63,897 bases of DNA, from positions 41,256,103 to 41,319,999 of the forward strand of contig NC_068981.1 of NCBI RefSeq assembly GCF_001194135.2, given 5' to 3'. This document shows positions 61,640-63,897 of this stretch, in pieces. This DNA comes from Octopus bimaculoides. Its lineage: Eukaryota. Within the stretch, counting starts at the first letter, position 1. Every line of letters begins with the position of its first letter. Under the pieces are notes generated by a model. That model was given only the letters and a program-made list of their open reading frames with translations. It was not told the origin of the DNA and ran no database searches. Made by a program: the position numbers and the translations under genes.

Positions 61640-62394
61640 TGTCCTGCAAACCCTGGTGGAATAAAATCCCATTATAACTGTTGAGGAACTAGCAGAGAAG
61701 CTTGGATTTGGTCATTCATTAGAAAAGTCATTAAATTGGGTCAATGGGTTCCTTACAATCTTTCCAAGTTTAATTGTGTACAGAAAATGAATGTGTGCTC
61801 TTCTTTGCTGTTACATCTCTCAAATGAACCTTTTTTTGGACTGGATAGTGACTGGTGACTGGCCAAAGCCACTGGGTAGGGAAAGGAGAAACACTGGTAC
61901 TGCAGGCTAAAGAAGGTCTTCACTTTGAACTTTTAAACCCAAGCCAAATGATAACAAAGGAGATCTACTGTGAGCAGCTTGTGCAGCTTAAGTCAACACT
62001 AGAAGAAAAATAACCATCTTTGGTTTCAAGACAAAAGGTGTTCTTCCATCAGGATAATGCTTGGCCACATGCAGTAAGGATGACATTACAAAGGCTGGAG
62101 CAGTTTGAATGGGAAACGATGCCTCACCCACCATATTCACTGGACATTGCTCCATCTGATTATCATTTATTCTGCAGTCTTCAAAATCATTTGGACAGAA
62201 AAAAATATGAATTCTGTAGACAAGGCCAGAACAGTACCAGAGGAATATTTTTCGTCATGGACAAATGAATTTTGGAACAGCATTGTAGAATATGAAGGAG
62301 AGTATATTTTTGATTAAAAAAGAACTTAGTTTATCTTAATTTTGAAAAATAAAAGAAGTATAAAAAAAAACGCATTATTTATGGGATGACCCAA
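61640..62394 (+). mobile_element. Mariner transposon 3' portion (related subfamily), with deletions
   Basis: LGQWVP, VTGD, FHQDNAWPH, PHPPYSLDIAPSDYHLF; terminus ttatgggatgacccaa + TA. A similar end lies near 38110-38140. Confidence 0.85.
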
Positions 62395-62398
62395 TATA

Positions 62399-62430
<32 letters not shown>

Positions 62431-62432
<2 letters not shown>

Positions 62433-62772
62433 GTTTTAGGGAAAATAACCAATTTTCAAGAACTCATCGATGAAAATCCACTATCACTTTCTCTCTTTCT
62501 CTCTCTCTGAAAGTATCTGTCATTACAGTATCGAAATGGTGTACATATACATCTATATGTATACATATACATCTCTCTCTCTGTGTCTCTCTCTCTCTTT
62601 CTCTCTGTCTCTCTCTCTCTTTCTCTCTGTCTCTCTCTCTCTTTCTCTCTGTCTCTCTCTCTCTTTCTCTCTGTCTCTTTCTCTCTCTCTCTCAATCATT
62701 TTCCAAAGTATTAATGAGGTAAGGTCTGTGAACTGGTTTCAACTAGAAAATTGATTATTTTCCCTAAAACTA
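62431..62772. mobile_element. MITE-like / inverted-repeat-bounded composite segment in a (TA)n tract
   Basis: 27-bp terminal inverted repeats tagttttagggaaaataa(c/t)caattttc (1 mismatch); the interior matches 60022-60079 and about 63700-63850 in reverse complement. Confidence 0.65.
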
Positions 62773-63369
62773 TATATTTTATATATACTTTATCTATAAG
62801 GCTCAATTTAATTTTAATTTTTTATAAATTGATTTTAATTGAGTTTTTTACCTGTAATTTTGGATTTTGTCCCTAATATTATTATATATATATATATATA
62901 TATATATATCTCAATCACATGCTCCCACCACACAAAAAGTACATGTACCAGCACCACATGCAAAGCACTTGTGCACACACACCCACACATATATATCTTT
63001 TATATTTTACTTGTTTCAGTCATTAGGCTGTGGACATGCTGGGGTGCTACCTTGAATTTTTAGTTGGCTTAATCAACTCCAGTACTTTTTTTTAAAGCCT
63101 GATACTTATTCTTTAGGTCTCTTTTGCCAAAATGCTAAGTTGCAAGGATGTAAACGCATCAACACAGTGGGGAACAAACACAGACACACAGACACACACA
63201 CATTAATATATATATATATATAACAGATATTTTTCATTTCCATGTACCAAATCCAATCACAAGGCTTTGGCTGGGCTGAAGCTAGTAAAAGACACAAGGT
63301 GCCACATAGTGGGACTGAACCCAGACCATGTGGTTGGGAAGCAAGTTTCCTATGACACACAATATATAT

Positions 63370-63739
63370 ATCTATATATATAAAAATGAGAATGTGTGTC
63401 TGTCTGTGTGTGTGAATCCCTAAAACTCGAGAACTACGCAACCAATTTCATTCAAAGTTTACACATGCCTTATTTAGGGTCCCAGTTGTGTTTTAGTCAA
63501 AAGAAATTTTAACTTCTTGCAGAGTTCGAGCACACGGCAACATAATATCTCTTCCACTATTTAAGTATTACGTGTCAAAAGTGAAACAAAAACACTCATG
63601 TCAAATACTTTCACTTTAAAAATGAAACTATTCCACTAACTGAAACAATCACACTTCGATACTGTAATGACAGATACTTTCACAGAGAGAGAAAGAGAGA
63701 AAGAGAGAGACAGAAAGAGAGAAAGAGAGAGACAGAAAG

Positions 63740-63772
<33 letters not shown>

Positions 63773-63897
63773 TGTATATGTATATATATACATGTATATG
63801 TACACCATTTCGATACTGTAATGACAGATACTTTCAGAGAGAGAGAGAAAGAGACAGAGAGAAAGAGAGAGAGAGACAGAGAGAGAGACAGAGAGAG
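63370..63897 (+). mobile_element. Non-autonomous Helitron-like element 5' part with an internal ~150-bp tandem unit
   Basis: tctatatatataaaaatgagaatgtgtgtctgtctgtg..aaactcgagaactacgcaaccaatttc head typical of non-autonomous Helitrons; ttcgatactgtaatgacagatactttca recurs at about 63656 and 63809. Confidence 0.5.

Overview
Eukaryotic, AT-rich, repeat-dense genomic DNA with assembly gaps. The SINE, RTE and microsatellite landscape suggests an octopod cephalopod (inference). It holds two spliced genes, head to head, both reconstructed by hand from GT-AG junctions with consistent phases. (1) PXK (PX-domain pseudokinase, MONaKA) is on the minus strand: 12 coding exons from the ATG at 33462 down to 1519, 464 codons; its C-terminal Pro-rich/WH2 exon(s) were not securely found. 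(2) RENBP (N-acylglucosamine 2-epimerase) is on the plus strand: 7 coding exons, 50481-59907; its last exon lies beyond the window. Introns and the 17 kb between the start codons are filled with decayed mobile DNA: many RTE LINE pieces, APE-type LINE remnants, tRNA-headed SINEs, a full-length dead mariner with TIRs and TA TSDs, a hAT 3' half, a Helitron RepHel fragment and Helitron ends, a Penelope remnant, and RLE-type (R4/Dong-like) LINEs. The best second-look items are a 28S rRNA fragment inside a LINE endonuclease, a Dong-like element in (TAA)n, a TIR-bounded patchwork of nearby intron sequence, a solo LTR duplicated inside a minisatellite of AG|GT splice-like sites, a ~230-bp foldback, and a one-mismatch Penelope-type hammerhead. 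No CRISPR array and no convincing novel protein-coding system were seen.
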